A stretch of DNA of 64,000 bases, from assembly GCF_001194135.2 (NCBI RefSeq), contig NC_068992.1:28027038-28091037 (forward strand), read 5' to 3'. The stretch is from Octopus bimaculoides (taxonomy: Eukaryota). This document shows, piece by piece, positions 63,802-64,000 of this stretch (within the stretch, counting starts at the first letter, position 1; every line of letters starts with the position of its first letter). Below the pieces are notes generated by a model, which was not told the DNA's origin, searched no databases, and was given only the letters and a program-made list of their open reading frames with translations. A program made the position numbers and the translations under genes.

Positions 63802-64000
63802 GCGTCCACATCCTCAGCTGTGCGAGATCAGAATGAAGGGAATTTTTAAAAACTAAAAAATATAGCGGCTTCTAGATGAGAATATTCAGACTTCCATTGG
63901 TCAGTTCGTGTTAGATGGATTGTTTGGTTAGGCAACGACAGCAATTAATTCCATGATATACTTCACGTGGTAAAGCAGACAAGAGAGGGACGGTGTGTGT

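Overview
AT-rich, microsatellite- and transposon-dense animal genomic DNA with many N gaps. The SINE/RTE/MITE repertoire looks like an octopus (coleoid cephalopod) scaffold; that assignment is recognition, not a search. Two protein-coding genes are well supported. (1) The last seven coding exons of a kelch-repeat beta-propeller gene on + (1412-30115). All splice phases join in frame, one blade carries a very acidic insertion, and the 5' exons lie upstream of the window. (2) The last coding exon of a class A peptide GPCR on - (63068-62357, TM3 end to C-terminus). The rest is mostly decayed mobile DNA: two pogo/Tigger transposons with TIRs, RTE, R4/Dong-like, CR1/Jockey-like and Penelope-like retroelement remnants, several tRNA-derived SINE families, and piggyBac- and hAT-type MITEs. 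The most notable unannotated signal is a set of hammerhead-ribozyme motifs between 33 and 61 kb. One is a complete type I hammerhead (61139-61230) whose 3' half is also one arm of a perfect 77-bp inverted repeat. A second near-complete hammerhead lies at 55660-55717, and there are three decayed relics. Other leads are a duplicated splice acceptor/partial exon in the kelch gene, miRNA/ADAR-type hairpins, and an ambiguous coding-like island near 52 kb. All alignments and folds were done by eye; TE boundaries are approximate.
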